Assembly (NCBI GenBank): GCA_021513715.1
Contig: CP084167.1
Coordinates: 2,144,001 to 2,208,000 of the forward strand
Origin: Candidatus Heimdallarchaeum endolithica
GTDB taxonomy: Archaea > Asgardarchaeota > Heimdallarchaeia > Heimdallarchaeales > Heimdallarchaeaceae
Length of the DNA stretch: 64,000 nt
Reading direction: 5' to 3'
Shown here piece after piece: positions 9,159 to 17,661 of this stretch; within the stretch, counting starts at the first letter, position 1, and the number at the start of each line of letters is the position of its first letter. The translations under genes were made by a program, and so were the position numbers. The notes below the pieces were generated by a model, which made no database searches, had not been told where the DNA came from, and saw only the letters and a list, made by a program, of their open reading frames with translations.

Positions 9159-10945
9159 TAGGTCAAGTAAAATACTCATGGATTAATTTTAGAAGATCTT
9201 TTACAACTTCATTAACCCAATATGCAAATTTAATTTTATCTTACATTTTAGTTGGAATAAGTATTAATTCTATTTCAATAACTAAAGCAATCTTCGAAGG
9301 AAACGTTTCGTACAGAATACAACAAAGCTACTTGATTTTTAGTATTGTATCTACAATTTTGTCATTATTTTTAGCGATTATAGTAACAAGGAAAACAGTT
9401 AGACAGATATTCAACCACCAAATAAAAGATATTGCATTAATGAAAAATGTAGGATCAAAAACTAAATGGATCTACAGCTATATTCTGTTTTACCATATAC
9501 TTGTTGGAGTAATTTCTTTTGTAATAGGGCTATTTTTAAGTGCTATAATTCTTCTAATCATATTATACATTTTTAAAATGGGTTCATATGGAAATCAGAT
9601 AAAGTTTTTACCTGCATTCTTAATTTGTGGTAGCATAATTTTGTTACACTATTTAGTAACACATAACGAGATACTTAGAATATTAAATGAAAATAATTTA
9701 GAAATTTCTTCAAAAGGATTAAAAAATTATAAAAGCATTTTTGAATTTGATGAATTATTCAAAAAAATAAAGCCTGCTAGAAAGTTTGGATTAAAAGCAT
9801 TTCTTCGTTCAGGAGAGATAAGATCAACTTTCTTTTTCATTTTTCTAATTTCAACAGCATCAATAATATTTCTTTTTTCTACGATAAATATTGGTAATAC
9901 ATTTATGTACAGTTACACAGAGCAATTTGGGAAATATGAATATTTAATCGGTAAAGAAAATGTAGTGAATTTTTTTGAAAATAATATAGGATATAGTGAA
10001 TATAATTATAGTGATTTATTCACAGAGAAAAGCAGTTTAAATTCTGATTTTATAAATAACCTTAAAGAAAATAATGTTGTTTATGATATAATATTTCTGA
10101 ACAAAAGAAAAGTTAGTGAAATTAATGTCACGATACCAGATACAGTAAATTTAGAACAGTATAAAACTGTAGGTAAAGAAAGGAGTCTAAATATTACCAT
10201 TATTGGATATATAAATGAAACAATATTCTTGGATCGATTAATCGAAGGTGTAAAGCCAAATATGGAAAAAAATGAGATAGTAATAAGTCAATCAGTAAAC
10301 AAAATGTTGTTAGATGATTATACTTTAGAGTTTTTACAGATAAGAGGGCTAAAAGAGAGATATAGGGTAACAGGAATTGTTAATGAAAATTTTGCTAATG
10401 GGTATACAATATATATTCCTATGAGAAAGTTAAGAGAAAATTTGTTAACAAGTAATGGAAATTGTATTCTTATTAAATCTGTGAAAAGTGATATTATTAG
10501 CAAAATATATACTAACGCTGATGAAAGTAATTACCGAGTAGCCGAGATCAAAAAAATCGTTGAGAAAAAGAAAAAAGAACTGTGGAATGTGATTAATTTA
10601 GTAAATTCAATTTATGGTGTTCTTTTTGTAATAACTTTAACAAGATTTTTAGCTTTTGGAATTCTATTGGTAAATGAAAATTCGGACGATATAAAACTAA
10701 TGTATAAGATAGGAATAAAGAAAAAAATACTACGGAATTGTATGTTAAATGATATGAGTCTAAATACTATTCCAGGATTTGTATTAAGCTTTTTATTTGG
10801 TTTAGTTATCATCAAATATTTTATTGTGGAAAATACAGTAACTAAATTATTAGGTATAAAAATCACATTATTGTGCTTGTCAAATTTCCTAATAACATTT
10901 TTAGGAATAATAATTGGTGTAAATGAAATAATAAAAAAACAATAA
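9155..10945 (+). CDS. FtsX/MacB-like ABC permease
   Basis: Two TM blocks with IALMKNVG and IKLMYKIG FtsX-type motifs and a large extracytoplasmic loop; ATGA overlap with the ATPase gene. Confidence 0.85.
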   Translation: MIGQVKYSWINFRRSFTTSLTQYANLILSYILVGISINSISITKAIFEGNVSYRIQQSYLIFSIVSTILSLFLAIIVTRKTVRQIFNHQIKDIALMKNVGSKTKWIYSYILFYHILVGVISFVIGLFLSAIILLIILYIFKMGSYGNQIKFLPAFLICGSIILLHYLVTHNEILRILNENNLEISSKGLKNYKSIFEFDELFKKIKPARKFGLKAFLRSGEIRSTFFFIFLISTASIIFLFSTINIGNTFMYSYTEQFGKYEYLIGKENVVNFFENNIGYSEYNYSDLFTEKSSLNSDFINNLKENNVVYDIIFLNKRKVSEINVTIPDTVNLEQYKTVGKERSLNITIIGYINETIFLDRLIEGVKPNMEKNEIVISQSVNKMLLDDYTLEFLQIRGLKERYRVTGIVNENFANGYTIYIPMRKLRENLLTSNGNCILIKSVKSDIISKIYTNADESNYRVAEIKKIVEKKKKELWNVINLVNSIYGVLFVITLTRFLAFGILLVNENSDDIKLMYKIGIKKKILRNCMLNDMSLNTIPGFVLSFLFGLVIIKYFIVENTVTKLLGIKITLLCLSNFLITFLGIIIGVNEIIKKQ

Positions 10946-11224
10946 CTACTTGACGGGAATAAAATCTTTATCAATTATTTTCTTAATTTCATGTTCTGTA
11001 AAATGATTAGAACGAAGACCTTTAACAAAAAGATCTAAACAGGTTTTACAATAAACATGTTTAGTTTTTATGTTGTAAGCCAAAGGAGACATTAAATTAC
11101 TTTTTCCACAAAACGAACAACGATTCTTTATTCCTACATTCAATTCAGAGGCACAATCTTCACAGTATCCGGCTCTCTTAATAGGACGTCCGCATTTTTG
11201 ACAAAAATGAACTCTTGTAACCAT
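10946..11224 (-). CDS. Small double zinc-finger protein (second finger ClpX C4-like)
   Basis: CQKC..CEDC and CSFCGK..CKTC. Confidence 0.8.
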   Translation of the reverse strand: MVTRVHFCQKCGRPIKRAGYCEDCASELNVGIKNRCSFCGKSNLMSPLAYNIKTKHVYCKTCLDLFVKGLRSNHFTEHEIKKIIDKDFIPVK

Positions 11225-11732
11225 AATCGAAAATATTGATTTTTTTTATTAAACTTATTGGAAGAGCAAAGAAGTTATTTATTGGACAAAAACAATGATA
11301 AAATATAACTCTAAAGCCAAAGTATACAAATCTATAAAAATAGCTTTTAAAGAAGCACAGACTCCCGTACACGTCAACTGGAACTTTATATGAAGCATAC
11401 CTGATTTTATTTAACTATTATAATAAAGGTACATACCCTCCCACAATTTAGCAATATTCTATATATATAAACTTTTTGAAAATCATATTCTTACCTTTTG
11501 AATAAATTATTGATTTTCGAATAGAAATAAACGGGTATCTTTACATCTTTTAAAATATTTTATAAACTACTTAGTTTTTTTTAATCTTCATTGATCCTTG
11601 CTAATATCTTAACTTAAAAGTCGAAAATGACAATAATTCATTTTGTAATACCACACGAAGGTACTATTGGTAATATGTAGTTTTATAAATGAATATGTGC
11701 TATATAATAATAGAATTGCTAAGTGAGTTCTA

Positions 11733-12179
11733 ATGGGTAAGGAAATAACAATTAAACTTCCTGATGGTACTATTATTAGCGTACCAGAGGGATCCAGTAC
11801 TGAGACCATTAGAACTATTATTTCTTTAGTAACAGGAAAAGGTGAAACACTAGATATAGAAGAGGAAGTTACTAAAATAAATACGCAAAACGAACTTCTA
11901 AGTGCTTCAAAGAAAGAAAGAATAGCTTCAATTGTGAGGAATCACTACCCTGAAAATGATTGGTTTACATCTAACGATATTGAAATACTTTATTCAAAGA
12001 TCTTTAATGAAGGTATAAGGTTAAGTACTGTAAGTACTACTTTATCCAGAATGGCTGATGAAGGTTTACTTACAAGGCGTGGTAATGTTTCACAGCGTTA
12101 TTACGCTGTGACTAAAAAATTGTTAAATGCTTATGGAGAACTGGATATTCATTCAATTCCTGATTTAATTTCTAAGTAA
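11733..12179 (+). CDS. Winged-helix DNA-binding protein
   Basis: WFTSNDI...LSTVSTTLSRMADEGLLTRRG..RYY winged-helix pattern. Confidence 0.8.
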   Translation: MGKEITIKLPDGTIISVPEGSSTETIRTIISLVTGKGETLDIEEEVTKINTQNELLSASKKERIASIVRNHYPENDWFTSNDIEILYSKIFNEGIRLSTVSTTLSRMADEGLLTRRGNVSQRYYAVTKKLLNAYGELDIHSIPDLISK

Positions 12180-12378
12180 AGTTTTAGTTTATTTATAATT
12201 TATTTTTAATATTTATCTACTTTTTCTCGCTGAAAACTCAATTTTTTGTTTATTATATCTTACCACATAAATAAATATTGTGTGGTAAGATAGTTCCTTT
12301 TTGTGATAGCAGCAAAAACACACTTTTATTTTTGTTTTATATTGATTCTATTTGTAGACCCTTTTGTTATTATCCTCT

Positions 12379-12416
12379 CTATCACTATCACTATCACTAT
12401 CACATTATGACTATCA
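12379..12416. repeat. (CTATCA)4 tandem plus one further copy
   Basis: Four tandem copies at 12379-12402 and a fifth at 12411-12416. Confidence 0.9.
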
Positions 12417-12614
12417 AAAACAATTATTCTCAATTTTTTTATAGATCTATCCCAAGAGCAATATTAGATTACAAATTTTTTGTAAAAAAATCAAGTTAAT
12501 ACTCTTAGATTGATCATTTTTGTTTTAATGTTCTCTTTTATATGTTTGAATTCTATTTTTTTTATTAATTTTTCAGATGTTTATTTGTGTTCCTAAATTC
12601 AAATTTTGAACATT

Positions 12615-12709
12615 ATCTAAAACTATATAAAATAAACATCAGACAGCAGTAACAATTATACTCTACAAAATATATGTAATAAATAAGCTGAATCTAAAAC
12701 TATATAAAA
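12615..12709 (+). promoter_or_regulatory. Duplicated BRE/TATA-like element upstream of the moxR operon
   Basis: 18-bp ATCTAAAACTATATAAAA at 12615-12632 and 12692-12709. Confidence 0.55.
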
Positions 12710-12752
12710 CACAAAGTGGAGTATACTAAAATTATAGTTATTTAAAAGATAA

Positions 12753-13649
12753 GTGGTTAAAATGACTGCAAAAAGCGTTGCGAAACAAGAGAAGACAATT
12801 GATGAGATGATTAGCGAGATACAGGATAAATACAATATTGTTGGTCGTGAAAGAGAACTTAGAAAATGCTTAGCTGCTAAACTAGCTGAAAGACATATTT
12901 TGCTAGAAGGCGATGTAGGTGTAGGAAAAACTACATTAGCTCATGCTATTGCTTCCTATTTTTCACAAAATATTGAGAGAGTGGATGGTGATGAACGTTA
13001 TAGTAGTTCCAAACTAGTAGGCCACTTTGATCCTCCTATGGTAATAGAAAAAGGATATAGTTGGGAATCTTTTGTTACAGGAGCATTAACAAAAGCTATG
13101 CAAGATGGAGCTATACTTTTTCTTAACGAGCTTAATCGTATGCCTGAAGGCACTCAGAATGTTCTATTAGCTGCAATGGACGAGGGTACTATTATTTTAC
13201 CTAAATTAGGTGAAGTGAAAGCTAAAGATGGATTCTTTATAATAAGTGCTATGAATCCAGCAGAACTTGTAGCCACAACTCCATTAAGTGAGGCTTTAAG
13301 AGATAGATTTGTTTGGGTTCGTTTAAATTATCAATCAGAAGAAGAAGAAGAAAATATTGTTCGTGTAAAAACAGGAATAAAAGATGATAAAATTGTCAAA
13401 ATTGCGGTAAAAATTGTTAGAAAAACAAGAGATTGGCCTGACTTACGGAGAGGTTCCTCAATTCGTGGTGCAATAGATTTAGCTTCAATAATTAGATTCT
13501 TAGACCCTAATGATATTGATTCTTGGATTGATAGTAGTATTATGGCTTTAGCTACTAAAATAGAATTAGAAGATGGGGTAGAAAGTCAAGTAGAAGATGT
13601 AATAAAAGAAATTGTAAATAAGGTGTTTGAAGAAGAGGATTTTTTCTAA
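12753..13649 (+). CDS. moxR: MoxR-family AAA+ ATPase
   Basis: LEGDVGVGKT, LVGHFDP, LNELNR, AMNP, LSEALRDRF. Confidence 0.92.
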   Translation: MVKMTAKSVAKQEKTIDEMISEIQDKYNIVGRERELRKCLAAKLAERHILLEGDVGVGKTTLAHAIASYFSQNIERVDGDERYSSSKLVGHFDPPMVIEKGYSWESFVTGALTKAMQDGAILFLNELNRMPEGTQNVLLAAMDEGTIILPKLGEVKAKDGFFIISAMNPAELVATTPLSEALRDRFVWVRLNYQSEEEEENIVRVKTGIKDDKIVKIAVKIVRKTRDWPDLRRGSSIRGAIDLASIIRFLDPNDIDSWIDSSIMALATKIELEDGVESQVEDVIKEIVNKVFEEEDFF

Positions 13650-13705
13650 CAGAGGGGAGGGACATAAGTTTTGATCTTCAAAAGCCTTACGTTTACAGAG
13701 GACGA

Positions 13706-14725
13706 ATGGACAAAAATAAACTACTTGAAGCAGAAATAGTCTCAGGAAAAAGAAATCCCTCTGTGTACTCTAGCCTTTCAGACGGTATGAGTTTCTATGA
13801 GATAAAAAAACAGACAGAGTTAGCTATTGATGTAAATAATATGCCTGCTATTCAAGGATTAGCTATATCAAACAAATTTGCTGTAGCAGAAGCTTTAAAC
13901 TCAAAAAAAGGTTACACCCTTTTAGCTCGAAGAGCAGCAAAAGGAGACAGTAGTGCTCCAGAATTGTTTTTTATGTTACGGACTGCAATAGACGATAAAA
14001 TGAGACCTATTTTCCGAAGATTGGCTAGACAAGTTATCTTGAAAACAGCCTATGGCATAACTGGTCAAGGTATCCGAGGTGAGGTTTTTGAACAAACAGA
14101 ATTTGAGCCAGGTTTAGACGAATTTGATATTGATGAAACCTTGGAGCGCTTTTTACAAAATCGAAGTAGAGTATTGCATAAGGAAGATATTGTAACTTTA
14201 GAACGCAAAGAACGGTTAAAAACAGCTGTATTGATTTTTGATACTTCTGGTTCTTTGTATGGAGAAAAGTTTACAACTGCAGCTCTTGCAGTAGCAGTTA
14301 TGGCTTATAACTTAGCAAGAGATAATTTTAGTGTAGTATTATTTAATACAAAAGCAACTGTTATTAAAAGAATGAAAGAAAGAGTAAGAACTGACGAATT
14401 GGTAAATAGAATATTAGAAAGTGAAAGTGCTGGATATACTAATATTGCTGAAGGTCTGAAATACGGCGGTCTCGAATTAGAGAAAATAAAAAGAAAAAAT
14501 AAATTTGGTATTTTGATAACTGATGGTGCATTTAATAGAGGAGGAGACCCACGAAAATATTTAATGTATTATCCTAAATTACATGTTATAGCACTTCCAT
14601 CAAAGCATGATTGGGGTACTAGGTTGTGTAAAGATCTTGCGAGGTTAGGACGAGGAAAATTTGCTGAAATAAAAAGTTATAATTCTTTACCTAGAGTATT
14701 GATGAGACTATTAAAACAGGTATAA
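13706..14725 (+). CDS. VWA-domain protein, MoxR partner; its frame is open back to 13631, so it may be reached by -1 frameshift
   Basis: MIDAS DTSGS, YTNIAEGL, ITDG; FDIDETL pre-VWA motif. Confidence 0.9.
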   Translation: MDKNKLLEAEIVSGKRNPSVYSSLSDGMSFYEIKKQTELAIDVNNMPAIQGLAISNKFAVAEALNSKKGYTLLARRAAKGDSSAPELFFMLRTAIDDKMRPIFRRLARQVILKTAYGITGQGIRGEVFEQTEFEPGLDEFDIDETLERFLQNRSRVLHKEDIVTLERKERLKTAVLIFDTSGSLYGEKFTTAALAVAVMAYNLARDNFSVVLFNTKATVIKRMKERVRTDELVNRILESESAGYTNIAEGLKYGGLELEKIKRKNKFGILITDGAFNRGGDPRKYLMYYPKLHVIALPSKHDWGTRLCKDLARLGRGKFAEIKSYNSLPRVLMRLLKQV

Positions 14726-14729
14726 TGCG

Positions 14730-16733
14730 ATGCAAGAAAAGAAAAAACAAAAGAAAAAGAAAAATATTCCTTATTTAGGAAAAAATATTCTCTATTTTTG
14801 TGATGATTGTTGTTTACCTATTGTTAAATCTAACATTTGTCCGAGATGTGGAAAGAAAATAAAAAGAGTACCTATTACTCCTCCCTATGATGTTCGTCCT
14901 GCAACAAAGCAAGATATTAAAGAAATATTAAGATTAATAAAACAGAATTTTGGAGTAAGAAAAAAAATATTTTCCTTAAATGATGTTATGTTGCTTAACC
15001 ACGTAGGTTCAGAGGATCAAATGGATGAGATAGTTTATTATGGTAATATTATTGGTATACGAAGATATGATTTAGTTTATAGGCGTTGGACTATTAAATT
15101 AAATGCTTATGGGCTTTTATTGATCGAAAAGGAAATTAAAAAGAATTGGGTAATTGTTGATGATGGAGCAATTAAAAATATCTTAAATGGTTCGAATGCG
15201 CTTATTCCTGGGATTACTTGTGCAGATACTCGTATTAAGAAGGACAATTATATTGCAATATTGGATAAAAATAGAAAAGTAATTGCTGGAGGTATAGCCA
15301 AAATTGATGAAAAGGAAAGGAGAAAACAATTAAGAGGAACATATGCTAAAAATTATATTGCTGTAAAAAATAGAACCTTGAGAAAAATAAAGAAAACAAC
15401 TTGGGAAGAAGTAATTGAAGCAAATTCGAGTATAATTAACGATATTTCGAAAGAATCTATTCACTTTATCAGAAGAATTAAGGATGAATTAAAATTACCA
15501 GTTGCAGTAAGTTTTAGTGGTGGAAAGGATAGCTTGGTCACTTTAGACTTAGCTTTAAAGGCTTTACCTGAAGAAAATTTAAAAATATTTTTTATAGATA
15601 CCGGAATAGAATTTCCACAAACAGTCTCTTATGTTAAAAAATTAAGCAAAAAAATGAATTTTAAAGACAATTTAAAAGTAAAAAAAGTTAAAACAAGAAT
15701 ATTTTGGAATGCTTTTCAGAAATTTGGTCCCCCTGGAAGGGATTATAGGTATTGTTGTAAATTTGCAAAGTTAGCTCCTATTAGAGAGCTAATACTTCAG
15801 AATTATCCTGATGGAAAATGCATAAGTTTAGTTGGTCAACGACGTTATGAGTCTTATGCTCGAGCCACCGCTGATATTTGGCAGAATCATTATATTCCCA
15901 ATCAAATAAATGTCTCTCCCATTCAAAATTGGACTGCATTAGTTATTTGGTTGTATATTTTCCTGAATAAGTTACCTTATAATCCTCTATATGAAAAACA
16001 ATATGAACGAATAGGTTGTTGGGTCTGTCCTTCATCAAATCTTGCACAATTTGATTTATTAAAAAGCAATAACAGGAAATTATATAAAAAATTATCAAGA
16101 GAATTAGAAAAATGGAGGAAAAAAAAGCAATTACCCAAAGAATATATTTCTAGAGGTTTATGGCGTTTTAAACACATTCCCCAAAAAATCAGAAATGTTT
16201 TGACGCTTGACAAAACAGATATCTCTATAATTGAAAAAAGGAAACTGGCTATAGATTTAGAGGAAATTGATATAGAAAAATCAGACTGTCGTATACAACA
16301 AACAACTATACTTGGATCTTTTTCAAGAGTAACTAAGTTCGAAAATCTTCAAAATAATCTTTCAATGGTTGGCAAAGTTGTGAAAAATAATAGTCTAAAT
16401 TTCATACAAATAAAGAAAAGTGACTTTACAGTATTTCTCTATCTTGACGGGACTTTTAAGTTGCGATTAGGCAAGGATAATGAGAAAAAATTAAAAAATT
16501 TTGTAGAAAAATTTGTTTTTTCTGTATTACGAACTGAAGAATGCTTGAATTGTAAATTGTGTTTTGATGAATGCAAAACTCATTCACTATCATTTAATAA
16601 TAATGGTTTTATTGTTGATCCTAGTACTTGCATTCAATGTGGTAAATGTTTTGATGTATGTCCTATCTACACTATAACACATCAAAATACTAAGGAAAAA
16701 ATAAGAAATGTTGTGTCAAAGATTAATTTCTAA
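14730..16733 (+). CDS. PAPS reductase-family protein with N-terminal Zn ribbon, PUA domain and C-terminal 4Fe-4S dicluster
   Basis: SFSGGKDS, CCKFAK, RIGCWVCP, PUA VIVDDGA, two CxxCxxCxxxC motifs. Confidence 0.9.
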   Translation: MQEKKKQKKKKNIPYLGKNILYFCDDCCLPIVKSNICPRCGKKIKRVPITPPYDVRPATKQDIKEILRLIKQNFGVRKKIFSLNDVMLLNHVGSEDQMDEIVYYGNIIGIRRYDLVYRRWTIKLNAYGLLLIEKEIKKNWVIVDDGAIKNILNGSNALIPGITCADTRIKKDNYIAILDKNRKVIAGGIAKIDEKERRKQLRGTYAKNYIAVKNRTLRKIKKTTWEEVIEANSSIINDISKESIHFIRRIKDELKLPVAVSFSGGKDSLVTLDLALKALPEENLKIFFIDTGIEFPQTVSYVKKLSKKMNFKDNLKVKKVKTRIFWNAFQKFGPPGRDYRYCCKFAKLAPIRELILQNYPDGKCISLVGQRRYESYARATADIWQNHYIPNQINVSPIQNWTALVIWLYIFLNKLPYNPLYEKQYERIGCWVCPSSNLAQFDLLKSNNRKLYKKLSRELEKWRKKKQLPKEYISRGLWRFKHIPQKIRNVLTLDKTDISIIEKRKLAIDLEEIDIEKSDCRIQQTTILGSFSRVTKFENLQNNLSMVGKVVKNNSLNFIQIKKSDFTVFLYLDGTFKLRLGKDNEKKLKNFVEKFVFSVLRTEECLNCKLCFDECKTHSLSFNNNGFIVDPSTCIQCGKCFDVCPIYTITHQNTKEKIRNVVSKINF

Positions 16734-16787
16734 AATACTAAACGCTCAAAAATAACAACATTTTTTTAATAATAGAAAAATTGAACC

Positions 16788-17222
16788 TTGATAAATATGC
16801 CAGGTAATCCAAATCGAGAATTTCTGTTAGAATTAAGTGCACTTCTGAATAAACGTGTAAAAATAATTTTAGAATCAGGTAGAGTCTATACTGGAATATT
16901 ACGTGGAATCCAAGATCAATCTTTGAATCTTGTGTTAGGTGATGCTGAGTGTGATAATGTAAAAATATTTAGAGTTTTTATTGCAGGAAAGAGTATTTCA
17001 GAAATTACTTTAGCAGAAGAACCTTTTGATCTTACTGGTCTTGCAAAGGAATTATCCGTTATGTTTCAACCACAGAATGTGAAAGTTATTGAAGAAGCGG
17101 GAATTATTCAAGTATTAGATAGATTCACAGTTTCAGAGGAAGGCGTGAAAGGTACAGGTCCAATTGCAGAAAGAATAAGTAAAATATTAGAAAAATATAA
17201 AGCTGAAAAAAGTAATGTTTAA
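16788..17222 (+). CDS. Sm-like protein with C-terminal extension (SmAP3-type Lsm)
   Basis: LLNKRVKI...YTGILRG...LNLVLGDA Sm1 motif, FIAGKSI Sm2 motif, extra C-terminal domain; likely start is the ATG at 16797. Confidence 0.85.
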   Translation: MINMPGNPNREFLLELSALLNKRVKIILESGRVYTGILRGIQDQSLNLVLGDAECDNVKIFRVFIAGKSISEITLAEEPFDLTGLAKELSVMFQPQNVKVIEEAGIIQVLDRFTVSEEGVKGTGPIAERISKILEKYKAEKSNV

Positions 17223-17517
17223 TTTTCTCTTTTTTTACAAAACATTTTTGCTTTTTTGTTAATTTTTCATTAGAATTGATAAGTGTAATACCCAGCAGAT
17301 ACAATGTTTTCAAAATTCACATTGATTAGTAGATGAGTGAACATGTATAACCGACAGAATACTTCATAAAGTCAGTATTTTGATTCACAGCCTTTGAGTT
17401 CAAAACATTCACCACTGTTCACAATGTGTGAATCTATCGACTTTTCTTAGACTGCTTGTAATAAAACAATATTTTACTATTATGTTCTATTAATAAATTC
17501 AATAACTGCTTAACTAA

Positions 17518-17538
17518 CCCCTTTATTTCCACTGGAAG
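17518..17538 (-). promoter_or_regulatory. Origin recognition box (ORB) with G-string
   Basis: Minus strand CTTCCAGTGGAAATAAAGGGG matches the archaeal ORB consensus; next to an AT-rich tract at ~17461-17515. Confidence 0.75.
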
Positions 17539-17661
17539 ATGAATAACCCAGATTTTTCATTCACATGTTCACAACTATTCACAAAAAAAGTTGAATATTA
17601 AATTAAAAAAAAAATTTCCAATGAAAAAAACTAAAAGTCATTTACAAATAAACTATTTGTA

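Noticed and set aside
12278-12499. 73-aa ORF containing YHYHYHYH
   Set aside because: The His/Tyr run is simply the translation of the CTATCA repeat; TTG start and no protein-like features.
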